From the human T2T-CHM13v2.0 reference genome, Homo sapiens, in assembly GCF_009914755.1 (NCBI RefSeq), contig NC_060925.1: a DNA stretch of 64,000 nt; one strand, given 5' to 3'. The notes under the pieces are model-generated. The model saw only the letters and a program-made list of their open reading frames with translations. It ran no database searches and had not been told where the DNA came from. This document shows, piece by piece, positions 1-14,096 of the stretch. The first letter of the stretch is position 1; every line of letters starts with the position of its first letter. The position numbers and the translations under genes are program-made.

Positions 1-53
1 CAGCCTCGGCCTCCCAAAGTGCCGGGATTAAAGGTGTGAGCTATAGCGCCTGG
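1..53 (-). mobile_element. Alu 5' end (truncated by window)
   Basis: cctcggcctcccaaagtgccgggatta... Confidence 0.85.
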
Positions 54-386
54 CTTTGTGCGCTATTGAATTGAAGAATTTTATGCTTAGCTTAACCTCC
101 AGCCTCAATCAGTTTTATCTCCTAAGATTTGCTTTAAAATGTACAAACAACTTTAAAAAAATCAGTTTTAAAAAATAGTTTAGATTGGAGCAACCACTTT
201 TTCTGTTTTGATTGCTGACTCTTCAATGAGGGAACATACTCTGTTGAAAGGGGTATTCATATATATGTTTAACTTTCCAGCACTGCTAACACTTCTTTGT
301 GTTTGGAGTACTGATCTGATTTAAATTGGTTACCTCTTCACCCCATCCATCTCCCAAAATCACACAGATAATACTTAGGTAGTTGA

Positions 387-692
<306 letters not shown>

Positions 693-1636
693 AGTTTCTC
701 TTTTAAGAGCTGAAAGGGAGTAGACCAAGCACAAAGACTGCTAATGAGTGTAAAACTTTTTGAATGGGTATGTTTGTATTTGGGACATTTTATTATTTTG
801 TATAATGGGGTATGCCTCACCCTAACCCCTTTTCACTGGCACAGATATTGGAGAGTTATTGGCTAAAGGGAGGAACTCTTGGAGTTCTTTCATAATGTTT
901 TTAAGGAAAACAAAATCTGCATTCCCTTGAAAGCAGACAGGTTTTTAAACTGCAGATCACCTACTAATCTGTCCTAGATTATATATCTTCAAGTCAGTGT
1001 ATTTACCTGTATATGGAAATGAACTTTAGAGATAGTTCAATTTTTAAAGTATATCAATACCTGAAACCAAGATTTTGGATACTCATCCTATGGTATAGTG
1101 AGTGGATAGGGACCCAGAAGAGGAATGACAGAGAGGGACCCGGGATATCGGAGTTCTAGCGGCAAGTTCTGTCACTAATGTGTTTTGTGGCTTTGAGCAA
1201 GATTCCTAACCTTTCTATTTTTATTTCCTTATCTGTTAAATGAAGATTGTAATATCTGTTATATTTACCTTGAAGGATTGTTGGGAAACTAAAGTCATAT
1301 AACATGTAAAAAGACTTGGAAGTTTATAGCTTTGTACAAATATTATAATGTAAAAATAATGTCCCCTTTGTCTTTATGTTCTGTTGAAAACAATTTTAGG
1401 TGCATTCCCTTAATGGATCTGTATCACATAATATTTAACCTGATGATTTAATCCTGGTAAGACCATTAATATGTGTACAAATGCCATTGATCTTCTAAAT
1501 TTGATAATTACCCAACTTGATGGCTAAATTGTTATTTGTATTTATGTTTATGATGTGCTTTAATCTAAGGAAAATATCCTGTCAAACTTAAGTGGAGCTT
1601 TAGTAATCCTGGCTGTCTGGTATCTGGTTTCTGTAG

Positions 1637-1796
1637 GAGTTGATCTAGAGCAGTCAAGAAAAGAAGAAGAGCAGCAGATGTTGCAGGATGCCCGCCAGTG
1701 GCTCAACAGTGGGAAAATAGAGGATGTGAGGCAGGCTCGCTCAGGGGCTACAGCCCTTCATGTGGCTGCTGCCAAGGGCTACTCTGAAGTCCTCAG
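1637..1796 (+). CDS. PPP1R12B: PPP1R12B (MYPT2) coding exon (~exon 4), ankyrin repeat region
   Basis: ctgtag|GAGTT...CCTCAG|gtat; 160 nt; encodes GVDLEQSRKEEEQQMLQDARQWLNSGKIEDVRQARSGATALHVAAAKGYSEVLR (MYPT-family ankyrin motif). Confidence 0.96.
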
Positions 1797-3110
1797 GTAT
1801 TGTCCATTTACATCAATCAGGAGTGGTTCACTGGGAGAAGATGGAATAGGTTTTGGAAGCAGAGGCTGAATTAGATTTTCCGCTATGACGTGTTTCCTTT
1901 TTTGTTGGTTTCCTCTCTGATTGTGCAGTCTTTTCTCACATTTTGCTGGTATTCATCCATGGATTGTCTCCCTCCCTCCTACCATTCCTCTAGCTTCTCA
2001 CTAACATGTATGATGTGAAACAGAGTTGAGGTACATGGTCCTAGGAGGGGACTTCTTCCAGTTCTCTGATTTGTCATTAATATCCCTGCAACGACCTCTT
2101 CTTGTGACCTGTAATACTTGTGATCATTTGTTCCGTTTTGACTTATATAATTTCTTTTGTGTCATTAGATTAATTATATAGATCTTGAGTATGCGATGTC
2201 CAGCTGGCACAGGATAGCCAAACTTATATGAGGGATTTGGACTCTACTACTCTGTCTGTTCCATTTTTCCTTACATCCATACATGCTTCTTGTAGCTCTT
2301 GGTACTTAATGTTCACAGGCTTTCCCAAATACATGGGTTGCCAAAGGCATTATATGTGCAGTTGTTAACTGGACTCTTCCAGTATTTCATATTTCACCTA
2401 ATGCAGGGTTTTTAATAGGTATAGCAGTGTTTTGGTGCTCCATTTCTGCCTGATAGCGCTATCCATAAGGGCCCCAATGTGGTTTGGGTCTTCAGGAGTC
2501 AAATCTTTTCTCTTCCATGCATACAAGTTAAATTATAGCTTTATAGTTAGCAAAAAATTGGAGATATGTGGGTATATGGTAAATATAGTGTCCTAGAAAG
2601 ACCAACCAGAAGGCTAGTTGGGAAAATACCCTGAAGAGAATTGAGTCTTCATTTTATTTTATTTTTTTAAACTTTATCTTTATTGTTGACACTATTACAG
2701 ATAGATAGAATGACCACAGCCTATTAGAGTCTTCATTTTATATGTTACTTCTTCCCTGCACTGGAAAATGGAAAATGTACCTTTAACAGAGTTATGTGAT
2801 TTGGCTAATTGAATTATGCTTTGGTTAATCTTAGGTACATACGTTTCCGTATACTCCCCTTGTATGGTGTAAAATGGATATGCCTAGGAAATATCTTATG
2901 ACTTTTTTGAGAGGATTGGTAAAGGTCATCTATGATTGGTACGCAAAGTAGTTAACTATGAAACCCAAACTGTGCCTTAGAGGGCAGAAGTAATCATAAG
3001 ACCCCTGTGGTTCAGGGCCAAAATCTGAAATATCAATTAGGTAATAGTGTATTTGCCAGAAAATTGTAATATACAGAAGATATATGTCTTGTTTTGGGTT
3101 TTCTTTTTAG

Positions 3111-3255
3111 ACTTTTAATTCAGGCTGGCTATGAACTCAATGTTCAGGATTATGATGGCTGGACTCCCCTCCATGCTGCTGCACACTGGGGAGTGAAGGA
3201 GGCTTGCTCCATCCTGGCAGAAGCACTTTGTGACATGGATATTCGAAATAAACTG
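3111..3255 (+). CDS. PPP1R12B: PPP1R12B coding exon (~exon 5), ankyrin repeat
   Basis: tttttag|ACTT...AAACTG|gttagt; 145 nt; LLIQAGYELNVQDYDGWTPLHAAAHWGVKEACSILAEALCDMDIRNKL; phase matches previous exon. Confidence 0.97.
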
Positions 3256-3709
3256 GTTAGTGAGCCTGAACCTCTAAAAGAACAACGAGATTGGTGGCTG
3301 GGTCTCTAGAATAAAAGGCTTAACATCTCTTTTCAATGGCAGTCTGACTGTTGTGAAATATACATCACTGGTAGCTATAATGTTACCCTCCACCACCCTG
3401 CCTCTGGCCCTATTAACACAGAGTTATGTTTGTTATTTAAAATAAAACTCCGTGGACCTTCTGATTGTATTTATGTTCAAGCCTCTAAAACAGGAAAAAA
3501 ATATATTTGTTCTTGGCAAAAAATGAGCTTTGAGGAGCCTAATGTTATTGTCTGTGGTGAGGTATGAAAGATTTTATTGTTGCTGTATTCATGTGAGTCA
3601 TTAAAATGTTATAATGACAAAGATCCTTGAGTTTGGCTGAAAATAGTGTTATTCGGTCTCACTTCAAACAACTTAGAAGCTCTGGAACTCCTATCCCTAT
3701 GTCTACTGA

Positions 3710-4019
<310 letters not shown>

Positions 4020-4042
4020 TGATTTTATTTTAATTAAACTAA

Positions 4043-4339
4043 TTTTTTTTTTTTTTAATGGTAGAGATGGGGGGTCTCACTGGTTTCCCAGCTGGTCTCA
4101 AGCTCCTGGGCTCAAGTGATTCCCCAGCCTTGCCACTTGTAATCCCAAACTCTGTGTTTAAAGGATTTGGTGTTTCTCGTTATGTGTCCTCTGTGATAGA
4201 TGAAGGTATTATCATAATGTATGGTAGACTAGTTAGGGAAGCAGTTATTATTGGAATTAAAGGCAAAAAGTGAATATTGAATAATACTGAGTAATCCCAA
4301 ATTGTTGGGATTACAGGTGTGAGCCACTGTGCCCAGCCC
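4043..4339 (-). mobile_element. Alu left monomer (FLAM/AluJ) containing a 138-bp inserted local duplication
   Basis: Alu sequence 4043-4137 resumes at ~4295 (cccaaattgttgggattacaggtgtgagccac). Confidence 0.8.
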
Positions 4340-4925
4340 ATATATGTACTGATTTTCTAGTAGTGCAGAGATATGGCCTTTTAATTAGTAGATATTCTTA
4401 TCTGTGTCACATCTCTCCTGAACCCAGGTTTCATTCTCAGACTGTGGGTCAGGGTTCTTAATTATGCTGATGCTTCCTAAAAGAATTAACTTTCTTGTCA
4501 GTCCTCCCCTCACTTAAAGGAAGATGATTCCTGTGATTTAATCTTTATTAAACATGTGCCCTGAACCTCCCTCTGAAGTTTTGAAGAGCCCTTTATGGAA
4601 TTTATCATAGCAATTAAGACCATTTTAGAACAGATACAAGTAGGGATTTCACTTGATTATTTGCCAGGTGGCAGTAAGGATTAGAAATGGTGTGATTTCT
4701 GCAGTACTGTTGTACAAACTCTATATTTAAAGGATTTGGTGTTTCTTGTTATGTGTCCTGTGTGATAGATGAAGGTGTTATCATAATGTATGGTAGATTA
4801 GTTTGAAAAGCAGCTATTATTGGAGTCAAAGGCAAAAAGTGACTTTTGAATAGTTCCCTACTAATAAAGTCACGTAATTGCTGCTTCTGTTTTCTATCAG
4901 TCATGGTGCTCCTTTTCTCTGCCAG

Positions 4926-5000
4926 GGCCAGACACCATTTGATGTGGCTGATGAGGGTCTCGTGGAGCATTTGGAGTTGCTCCAGAAGAAGCAGAATGTG
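4926..5000 (+). CDS. PPP1R12B: PPP1R12B coding exon (~exon 6)
   Basis: ctgccag|GGCCAG...AATGTG|gtgagt; 75 nt; GQTPFDVADEGLVEHLELLQKKQNV. Confidence 0.95.
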
Positions 5001-6802
5001 GTGAGTTTCTGATTGGTGCTTTCAAAAGTTTTCTAATAGTTTGCAGTTCACACCAAGTATCTCAATCACTTGTTTCAGTTGTGTCTGCTGAGAGTTGAAA
5101 TGGACATATCTGCATTCCAGAGATGTTAATTGTTCACTTCAGGAACTATAAACAGTCTGTTAGAAGAATATATCCCAGAAACCATTATTGTTCAGGTTTT
5201 TTGCTCATTATAAGATAGCCTTCAAGAAGCTGAAAGTTAAAAACAGCCACAAAAAACTAATAATTACCCTTGAGTTCTAGAAAATGAATGTGATATGTTC
5301 AAATCAGATGTTTTTCCAAATAGAAAGTACCAGAGTGGAGGATACCTCATAGCTTTTCTTTTTCTTATTGACTAAAAGACTATCTTTATTTAAGCACATT
5401 TATTACAGAGAAGAATATATTTCTTAAAAAATAAGTAAATACACATAATACTAAAACTGTCATTTCATATAGGAGAGTATTTGGTCAGTGATTCATACTT
5501 ACTCCAGTTTTATGAAACATCTAGAATTCAGTCCTCCTTTCTCTGCTCCTCATTTTGAATCTTTTATTGTTTGGTCATGCATGTCTTTGGCTTAATTAGT
5601 GCTATACAGGAGAACTACATAAGTACGGTATTTTTGTTCAGACTGCAGAATGGAAAACCCACCCCATATACAGATGAAGAGTGAATAAGCCATATTTTTT
5701 ACTCATAAAGCAGATGAATAATTTGAGTGGGGAGAATAAAGATCAATGACATTAGGGTGGGACATTAGGGGCCAAAAAAATCAATGACTTTTTTTGTTTT
5801 TGTTTCTTTTGCACGTGCTGTCACTCAGGTAATGTAAACTAAAGTTTAGGACAAATGTGGAAAACAGCAGTTCTGAATCAAAGAACTATATAGCTCAATG
5901 ATGGGACAGATCAACCATACCTAATCTCTGTTGTGTTCAGCATTATGTCTGGTATGGTAAAGTGAAGATTCTGGTTATTTTAAGGCTCAGTGGAAAAGTC
6001 ACATACATAAAACTCATACAAACACAACTTAAAGTTCATTTTGTTCTCTTTGTTGAGCAGTCAGGATCACTGAAACTAGGATTTTCAAATGCAGTGTCAA
6101 TGCTGTTATTTAGCAGCAACAGCCTTCCTGATTATAAGTTGTATACTTTGCAGAGTTAGGTTCTTTTAATTTTAAAAACTTTTACTGAAATAAGTTTAGA
6201 CTCACATGGAAGTTGCAAAAATAGAGAGTTCCTGTGTATTCTGTACCTAGCATGGTAAGGTTTTTGAACATCAATAGTATTATTCATGAAATAATATTTC
6301 TACACCAGTGGGAATAGTACTTATCTTTGCCCTCTGCATAACTTTGAGTTCCAGGAATATGAATACATTTTGTCTAGAGCATGCATCTAAATAGCAGACC
6401 ATTTTCCCTAAGGGCTTATTTCCCATTCGGTACCTGTGTTTTCTTTAGAAATATTGCCAACTTATTTCAGTATATGAATCATAAAGAATTCTTTCAGGTT
6501 CCTTTTGGCTTTTTATCCTTCAGAATCTAGACTTTTTTTTTTTGAAGATTGGGTTTGGATATTTGATAGGAGCAGTTTTATTGAAGTTCTTAACACCATG
6601 GCTTTTCTCTTCTACCTTGGATGAATTCTGTCATCTAAGGAGACCCAACTGATATGTTTCTCTTTTTCTCGGGTTCCCCACTACCTCTTTGGTGTTGGTC
6701 CTATTTTCTTCAGAATGACAGTACCATTTTGGTTCTCAATACTGCTGATTTTTCACCAATAGTCAACTTCTTCCCTTTTCTCTCTGTTTTCTCCATTTCC
6801 AG

Positions 6803-6882
6803 CTTCGAAGTGAAAAGGAGACACGGAATAAACTCATTGAGTCAGATCTGAACAGCAAGATTCAGAGTGGGTTCTTTAAGAA
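6803..6882 (+). CDS. PPP1R12B: PPP1R12B coding exon (~exon 7)
   Basis: tttccag|CTTCGA...TAAGAA|gtaaga; 80 nt; LRSEKETRNKLIESDLNSKIQSGFFK(N). Confidence 0.93.
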
Positions 6883-7551
6883 GTAAGACATTTAGGCTTG
6901 AGTAATGGGATGAGCTTTGCTCTGTGTCAGTGACATACTTAACTTCAGAATTTATAAAGTGAAGAAACTCTGTGTTTGTATTTAGCCGAGTGATCTATAA
7001 ACTTGTGGGAAACTTGTGGGAAACTTTGTGGGACAAGAGAGTGGCATTGATATGTGAGGGAGACACTAAGGATGGTTGACTGTGTTTTAAACTTCAGAAT
7101 TAATTGAGACTGTGTGCAGCATTTTAAAATCCTGGCTTAGGCGCTCTTAGTCTCAACTTTTGCCTCTACTTACTGTAAGTTTCATGAACTCAGAGACAAT
7201 GTCTATTTTGTTTATGACTATACCAGTGCCTAGCATGATTCCTGGCATGTAATAAGTACTCAGTAAACATTTGTTAAATGATTTTTTTGAATATTTACCC
7301 ACTGTCATCAAAATTCATAGTTCTTCTTTTTTCTGTGTGTTAAGCAGGCCAGATTTCCTTGAGCCATACTCTGTCGTCAAATACTAAATCTTAGTCTGCA
7401 AAAATGAAGGGTTTGGAAGAACACACAGATGTAAAGAAGAATTTGAATATGTTTCTGTTATTGCTTCCACATATAGGTTTATAGACTTGTTCCCTTTATT
7501 ATACCTGATTATCATTTCTGAATTATACTCAAGTTGTCATCTTTAATTTAG

Positions 7552-7691
7552 CAAAGAGAAGATGCTCTATGAGGAGGAGACACCTAAGTCCCAAGAAATG
7601 GAGGAAGAAAATAAAGAATCTAGTAGCTCCAGCTCAGAGGAGGAGGAAGGTGAAGATGAAGCTTCTGAGTCAGAAACTGAGAAGGAGGCAG
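7552..7691 (+). CDS. PPP1R12B: PPP1R12B coding exon (~exon 8), acidic Ser/Glu tract
   Basis: aatttag|CAAAG...GGCAG|gtaatg; 140 nt; KEKMLYEEETPKSQEMEEENKESSSSSSEEEEGEDEASESETEKEA. Confidence 0.95.
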
Positions 7692-7929
7692 GTAATGCAA
7701 AGATGTTCATAGTGAAGATCCTCTATCTCCATAGTGTAAGAAGATTACTCCTTGTCAGAGAGCTAGCCAGGCCTCACAGGACTCCAAAAAGAGCTTGAAG
7801 TTTAGTTTTCAAGGATAAGATATCAAATTGCCAGTGACCACCTGATATAAAAACTGTGAGCTATGTTAGACTATATCTACCAATTCCTGTGTAGCCATAT
7901 GATAAGGTGCACAAAGAATTCTTAGGTGA

Positions 7930-8045
7930 ATGCTGGGTACGGTGCCTTAGCACTTTGGGAGGCCAAGTGCGGTGGCTTGCTTTAAGTTCAAGACAGCTTG
8001 GGCAACATAGCAAGACCCTGTCTCTACAAAAAAATTTAAAAAGAA
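7930..8045 (+). mobile_element. Alu left monomer fragment
   Basis: agcactttgggaggccaag...caagaccctgtctctacaaaa. Confidence 0.75.
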
Positions 8046-8242
8046 AAGGTAATAATTCTTATGTGAGGAATCCAACTCTCCTTACTCCAGGTTGGTAAAT
8101 GGCATAGAGACCAAATTCCAAAATGTCGGTATGCTGAGAGGCAGAGAAGATGAGATCTTGCAGAAGCTCTTAGGGTCAAACCAACTGGTGAATACTTGCA
8201 TTTAATTCTCAGGTTTGTCTGATTTCCTAAACAGAATCCTAA

Positions 8243-8638
<396 letters not shown>

Positions 8639-10727
8639 CTAGAGCTTCTTAAGTTTATTGTTTGACAAGACAGGAACCCCAACAGTGAGAGTGAGATGTT
8701 GAACATGGTCAGACCAACAAGCTATAAAATAATCCACAGGTTTTGATTTATAGTCAGGCAAACACTGAGAAAAGAATAGTGTACCTAAGCCCCATTTTCA
8801 CTGCCATATTATCCCTCCAAACTGGAGTCCATGATGAGATGAAATGTTTCTGCTAGAGGGGAAAGGGTCACACATTAAGTTTACAATGGAGTCTGTGTTT
8901 TCCTCTGAACTCTGCCATGGCTGGCCTACCTATAATGAAGATATTTAACTTACTCTGTTGTCTGGCCACCAGCTCCTGATGAGGTCTGGCTTTGCTGATA
9001 TGATTTCTCTCCATGATGGGAGAATACTACCCTTCTTCATGTCTCAGTCTCTGAGGCTCACTGAATGTCAGTCACCAAAAGGAAGTTAGAGAACCATCAG
9101 TTCTATAGAGAAGAAAGGCACCAGCTAAGTTTACAGTATAGGAGATGACCTTTTATTCATTGAGACTTGAACTTCTATTATTAATCATGCACAGTATGCT
9201 CCGGAAATGGTATTGTAGTACCTGTCAGAATTTATAAATGTTCATCTTTTTGATATTTGATTATTTATTGAGTACTTACATGTTCTAGGCTTCAAATATT
9301 TGCAACAAGTATCTGAACTTGCTCTATTCTAGATCACTTTTGTTAGTTGCCAAGGTATGAGAAAAATTGGAGGGATCTGCCTGAACTATGGTCATTGCTT
9401 TGTGATTTGTACCCTTGCGTCAGATCTCTTGTTCTCTGTAGCCAGGTCTTCACATTGCTATTGGCATAAACACCCACAGTACCCTTTTGATTATGCTACA
9501 CCTCTGTTTAAACCTATGACCACCTCCCTCACTCTATCTTTGCCTACAGAGTAAATAAACCCCAAGCTCCATAGTCTGGCCTTCAGGACTTTTCATAATC
9601 TAGCTCTAGCTGACCTTTCCAATGCTGTACATAGATAAGGACATATTTTGGCCAAACTGGACTGCTTAATTTCCTCAAACCTGCCCTGAGCTTTCCTGCT
9701 TCTGAACATTTGTACCATTTAAGCCGAAATTCATTTCAGGCCATCAATGCTCATTGAGTGATTTCTGTAGAAAACTATAGGATCTAGCAGGTTGAAAAAG
9801 TCTTTCTTTAGGTTTTTCTAATATAGGAAGCTGAAAGGAAATGGGCCACCTCACTGTTCTTCTACCCCACGACTGTTCTCTGTTTATGTCCCTCTAGCAC
9901 TGCCTACTTAACTCTGCTGTAGCACTCATCATTTTGGCTGGGAACTCTGGGTTTATTATTGAACTCCCAGGTCTCAGCTCAATGCCTGGTACATAACAGG
10001 CATTCACATTCATTAAATGTTTTTTGTTGAATATATCCAGTCAGGGAATAGAAAGGTGTATACATGAATAAACTACATGTCACATGAGAGATATAAGTGT
10101 AGTCAATAGGATTCACTAGTAAGACACACTGTATCTAGTTCAGGGAATTACAATAAAACTTTACATTTGTATAGTGCTTTTTACTTTGCACCACACTTAA
10201 ACATTTTTCTTTAATCCTCACAACCATACTCTGAGGTATGTATTATTATCACTACTTTTTAGAATGGGAAATTGACACTGTAGGAGGTTAGGTGAATTAG
10301 GTTTCATAGCTGGCAAGTGGTGTGCCTAAGATCTGGACTTTGATCTGGGACTCCCCAGAGTAGTAGTAGGGACCCAGTGGAAATTATCTGCATAAGAAGT
10401 GAAAGGTAAAACTGTAGAAAAGGATGAGATCCCCAAAGGACAGATTATAGATGGATTTTATATATGATATAATAATGTGGAGATAGTTTTCAGTTTTTAT
10501 CTGAAAGTTGGAGTTGGAGCCTACCAAGATGGGAATAACATTGAGTTTATTTTTTTCTGCCAACAGTTGCAAGAGTTTACAAGTTGTTAGTTTATATCCA
10601 AGCATTACAGGGCCTTAATAATCTGTTTTGATAATGGGCAAATCTTTTCTATTAGCAGAAAAGGACATAGACACAAAGATAAGATTTTTATACTAGTACT
10701 TGTTAATTCTCTTGTCTTAAATAACAG

Positions 10728-10840
10728 ATAAAAAGCCAGAAGCCTTTGTCAATCATTCCAACTCTGAAAGCAAGAGTAGTATCACAGAGCAGATACCAGC
10801 ACCAGCTCAAAATACCTTCTCTGCCTCTTCTGCTAGGAGG
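10728..10840 (+). CDS. PPP1R12B: PPP1R12B coding exon (~exon 9)
   Basis: ataacag|ATAAAA...AGGAGG|gtgagt; 113 nt; (D)KKPEAFVNHSNSESKSSITEQIPAPAQNTFSASSARR; phases 1 to 0 join the flanking exons. Confidence 0.92.
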
Positions 10841-10949
10841 GTGAGTACTTTTTACTTAATTTGGGAATTAGATTTCACCCTACTGCAGTAGCACACATCT
10901 AGAAAGGCCTTAAAGGTACATTCTTGCAAAATAATAAAAATACATTTTT

Positions 10950-11324
10950 CCTGTCATAATCTGCTCCCATAACAAAAAACACAGGCTGGGTGGCTTAAAC
11001 AACAGACATTTATTTCTCACAGTTCTGGAGGCTGGGAAGTCTCAGATCAAGGTACCAGCCAGTTCAGTTCCTGGTGAGGGCCCTCTTTCTTGACGTGAAT
11101 ATAACCACCTTCTCGCCATGTCCTAACATGGCAGAGAGAAGGAGCTCTGGTGTCTCTTTCTCTTCTTATAAGGTAACCAGCCCTATCAGATTAGGGCCCC
11201 ACCCTATTAACCTCATTTAACCTTCATCACTCCTCACAGACCCTTATCTCCAAATATAGTCACATTGGGAATTAGTGCTTCAATATATGAATTTTTGGAG
11301 GACACAAACATTCAACCCATAACA
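10950..11324 (-). mobile_element. MLT1A/B-type MaLR solo LTR
   Basis: ggctgggtggcttaaacaacagacatttatttctcacagttctggaggctgggaagtc...gacacaaacattcaacccataaca. Confidence 0.8.
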
Positions 11325-12048
11325 TTGCCCCCCAAAATCTATAAGATTATTACCAAACAAATTTGGCTACCATGTGTTAAGATAACATAAGATAGAGTAG
11401 TCTGAGACCAAAGAGATTTTGTCATTTGCCTATTTTCTTTGTATCTGAAGTTAAGATGCCTACATGTAAAGTGTGGACTGGGCTAGAAGATATCTAGCAT
11501 CCAGCATTCATTGTTTTGGTGATTATTCTCCTTTTTCTATTTCTCCTTTAAGACTTTCATGAGTAAAGTCTTTATATCTTATGATGAGTAAAGGGCAGAG
11601 GTAGAAATAACTTGTTGAAATACCAGAGGCCCCTCCTTCTGTAACTTTGTGCAGGCCTCTGAGAATCTGTAGGCTTCTAGTCAGTGAGAGTGAGTTGAAT
11701 GATGACCCTGCTCTACAAAGTATAAAAGTCATTTTGAGGTTAAGAATTGATTTGAGTTCTTTGGAATGAAGCTGTTGAAAAAGCTCTGTGGTTATATAGG
11801 TATGAACTTAATGATCTTCTTAGCACTTCATGAATTGGAAAGATGGGCTTGTGGTATTCTTGTGGAAATGAGAGAACAAAGGCCTGGCTACTTATTTATC
11901 CCTAGAAGCATCATCGTGAATAATTAAAGAGGCTTTGAATAAATGTAATTCTCACTCATATTCAGTCATTTAGGTGTACCTCATATACTGCCACTGCTTC
12001 TAAGGATGCGTAGACTTCCTACTTTTTTCAATAGAAAAATACTAAATT

Positions 12049-12376
12049 AGACAGGGTGCAGTGGCTCACACCTATAATCTCAGCACTTTGGGAGGCCAAG
12101 GTGGGCAAATCACTTGAGCCCAGGAGTTTGAGACTAGCTTGGGCAACATCGGAAAACCCCATCTTTACAAACAATAAAAACATTAGCCAGGCATGGTGGC
12201 ACACACCTGTAGTCCCAGTGACTTGGGACTGGGAGGCCGAGGTGGGAGGATCACTTGAGCCCAGGAGGTCAAGGCTGTAGTGAGCTGTGATTGCACCATT
12301 GCACTCCAGCCTGGGCAACAGAGTGAGACCGTGTCTCAAAAACAACAACAACAACAACAACAACAACACACACACA
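12049..12376 (+). mobile_element. AluJ with (CAA)n/(CA)n tail
   Basis: Full dimer with AluJ diagnostic cacttgagcccagg. Confidence 0.92.
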
Positions 12377-13120
12377 TTCTACTTTGCTAAAATGATGCTG
12401 GGGAAGGCATTTTCCCCCTTAGAATCAGAGTAGCTTGTAAAAAGCTGACATTATTGAACCCCTAAAGCTGGAAGGGGTACGTAAATGTGTACATTCAGAT
12501 GACTGATGAAAAGAGAAAATCTATATGTGAGTTGGAGATGAGTGATTTAATATTTTTATTTATTTTCGCTGTATCAGGCAGTAAAGGTAGCCTGATATTG
12601 GAAGAAAGGCTTAAGTCTTCTTGAAAAGGTCCTGGACCTCAGGAAGGGTCTGTTGGCTTGTGTTCCAGAGACTAGCTGTACCCCAAACTGGTCCTTGGCC
12701 TAATGCTGGTCTATGATGTTTCCCTAGTTTATGGCAAAATGAGATAATTAAGGACAATGTAAGCTTTCCATAAAGCTTTCTTTTCTGATATTAAAATTTC
12801 ATTTTTAACAAAATTGTGGTAATGATGAGTTGTTCAAAAAGAAAACATCTTTCAGAATGTTGTTTTCTTTTGTCAAAATTATATTTAAAAGATAAAAAGA
12901 TAGCAACCCTTTGACCTCTAGTTTTTTTTTTGTTTTTTTTTGTTGTTGTTGTTTTTGCTGGTCAGTGAAATCTAAAGCTCTCTAAACTGCTACTCTAGAT
13001 CAAATAAATTTTCTTGAAATTAGCAGTTAGAATTTGAGTGGAGTGGCGTCTAGAATTTTTATCAGTGTTAAATCACTGTATCATAGTACCTTAAAATGTG
13101 TTTATAAATTAGCTCATTCC

Positions 13121-13425
13121 TGGCAGGGCATGGGTTCATGCCTGTAATCACAGCACTTTGGGAGGCTGAGATGCGAGGATTGCTCGAGTTTAGGACTTTG
13201 AGACCAGCCTGGGCAACATAGGGAGACCTTGTCTCTACTAAAATTTAGAGAAAATTAACTGGGCATGGTGGTACATGCTGATAGTCCCAGCTACTCGGTG
13301 GGCTGAGGGGGAGGATTGCTTGGGCGCAGGAGGTCAAGGATGCAGTGAACTCTGATTAGGCCACTGCACTCCAGCCTCGGTGATAAGAGTGAGACCCTAC
13401 TTCAAAAAAATAAAAATAAAAGATA
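13121..13425 (+). mobile_element. AluJ
   Basis: Full diverged dimer with A tail. Confidence 0.88.
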
Positions 13426-13892
13426 AATTAGCTGGTCTCATTTTTTCCAGTCTCCACATATTATAAGGAGGGATTAAGCTCATTACCGTCATTTTACAGG
13501 TGAGCATGTTGAGACCTAGAGAAGTAAAGTATCTTATATTCAGTTCCACGGTGAGTTAGAAGAAGGTATATTACTAGAATACAATCTCCTGGTGTTCCAG
13601 GTCATTATTAATTGCACAGAGATAGCAAATTTCTCAGAACAACCCTGTCAGGTAGGAGCACTGTGTGAAGAATCCGAGGCTATTTTTGGCTTAGGAAGAA
13701 AGAGCCTGGAGAGGTTATTAGCTTTTGCTGGGTGAGGGAGGGAACATGGGCAGAAAGACTGCCATGTATTTGTTCTTCTTAGCTACCTTATGTTGCCTCG
13801 CTGAACTTAGTTAAGTGTGGAAAAGGCAAATAGGCTGAGAAAGAATCATCAGAGCCTTTATTTTTCATTTCTTTTATTTGCTTCTCTCATAG

Positions 13893-14096
13893 TTCTCTTC
13901 TGGCCTTTTTAACAAGCCAGAAGAGCCCAAAGATGAATCTCCTTCTTCATGGAGATTGGGACTGAGAAAAACTGGCAGCCACAACATGCTGAGTGAGGTG
14001 GCCAATTCCAGGGAACCTATAAGGGACCGAGGCTCTTCCATCTATCGCTCCTCTTCAAGCCCTCGGATTTCTGCTCTACTGGACAACAAAGATAAG
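13893..14096 (+). CDS. PPP1R12B: PPP1R12B coding exon (~exon 10)
   Basis: ctcatag|TTCTCT...GATAAG|gtgcag; 204 nt; FSSGLFNKPEEPKDESPSSWRLGLRKTGSHNML...IYRSSSSPRISALLDNKDK; LRKTGS and RSSSSP resemble the MYPT1 S445 and S472/S473 phospho-motifs. Confidence 0.96.

Noticed and set aside
7692-7798. Read-through ORF after exon ~8
   Set aside because: The donor (CAG|gtaatg) is good and I saw no convincing nearby poly(A) signal; length is compatible with chance
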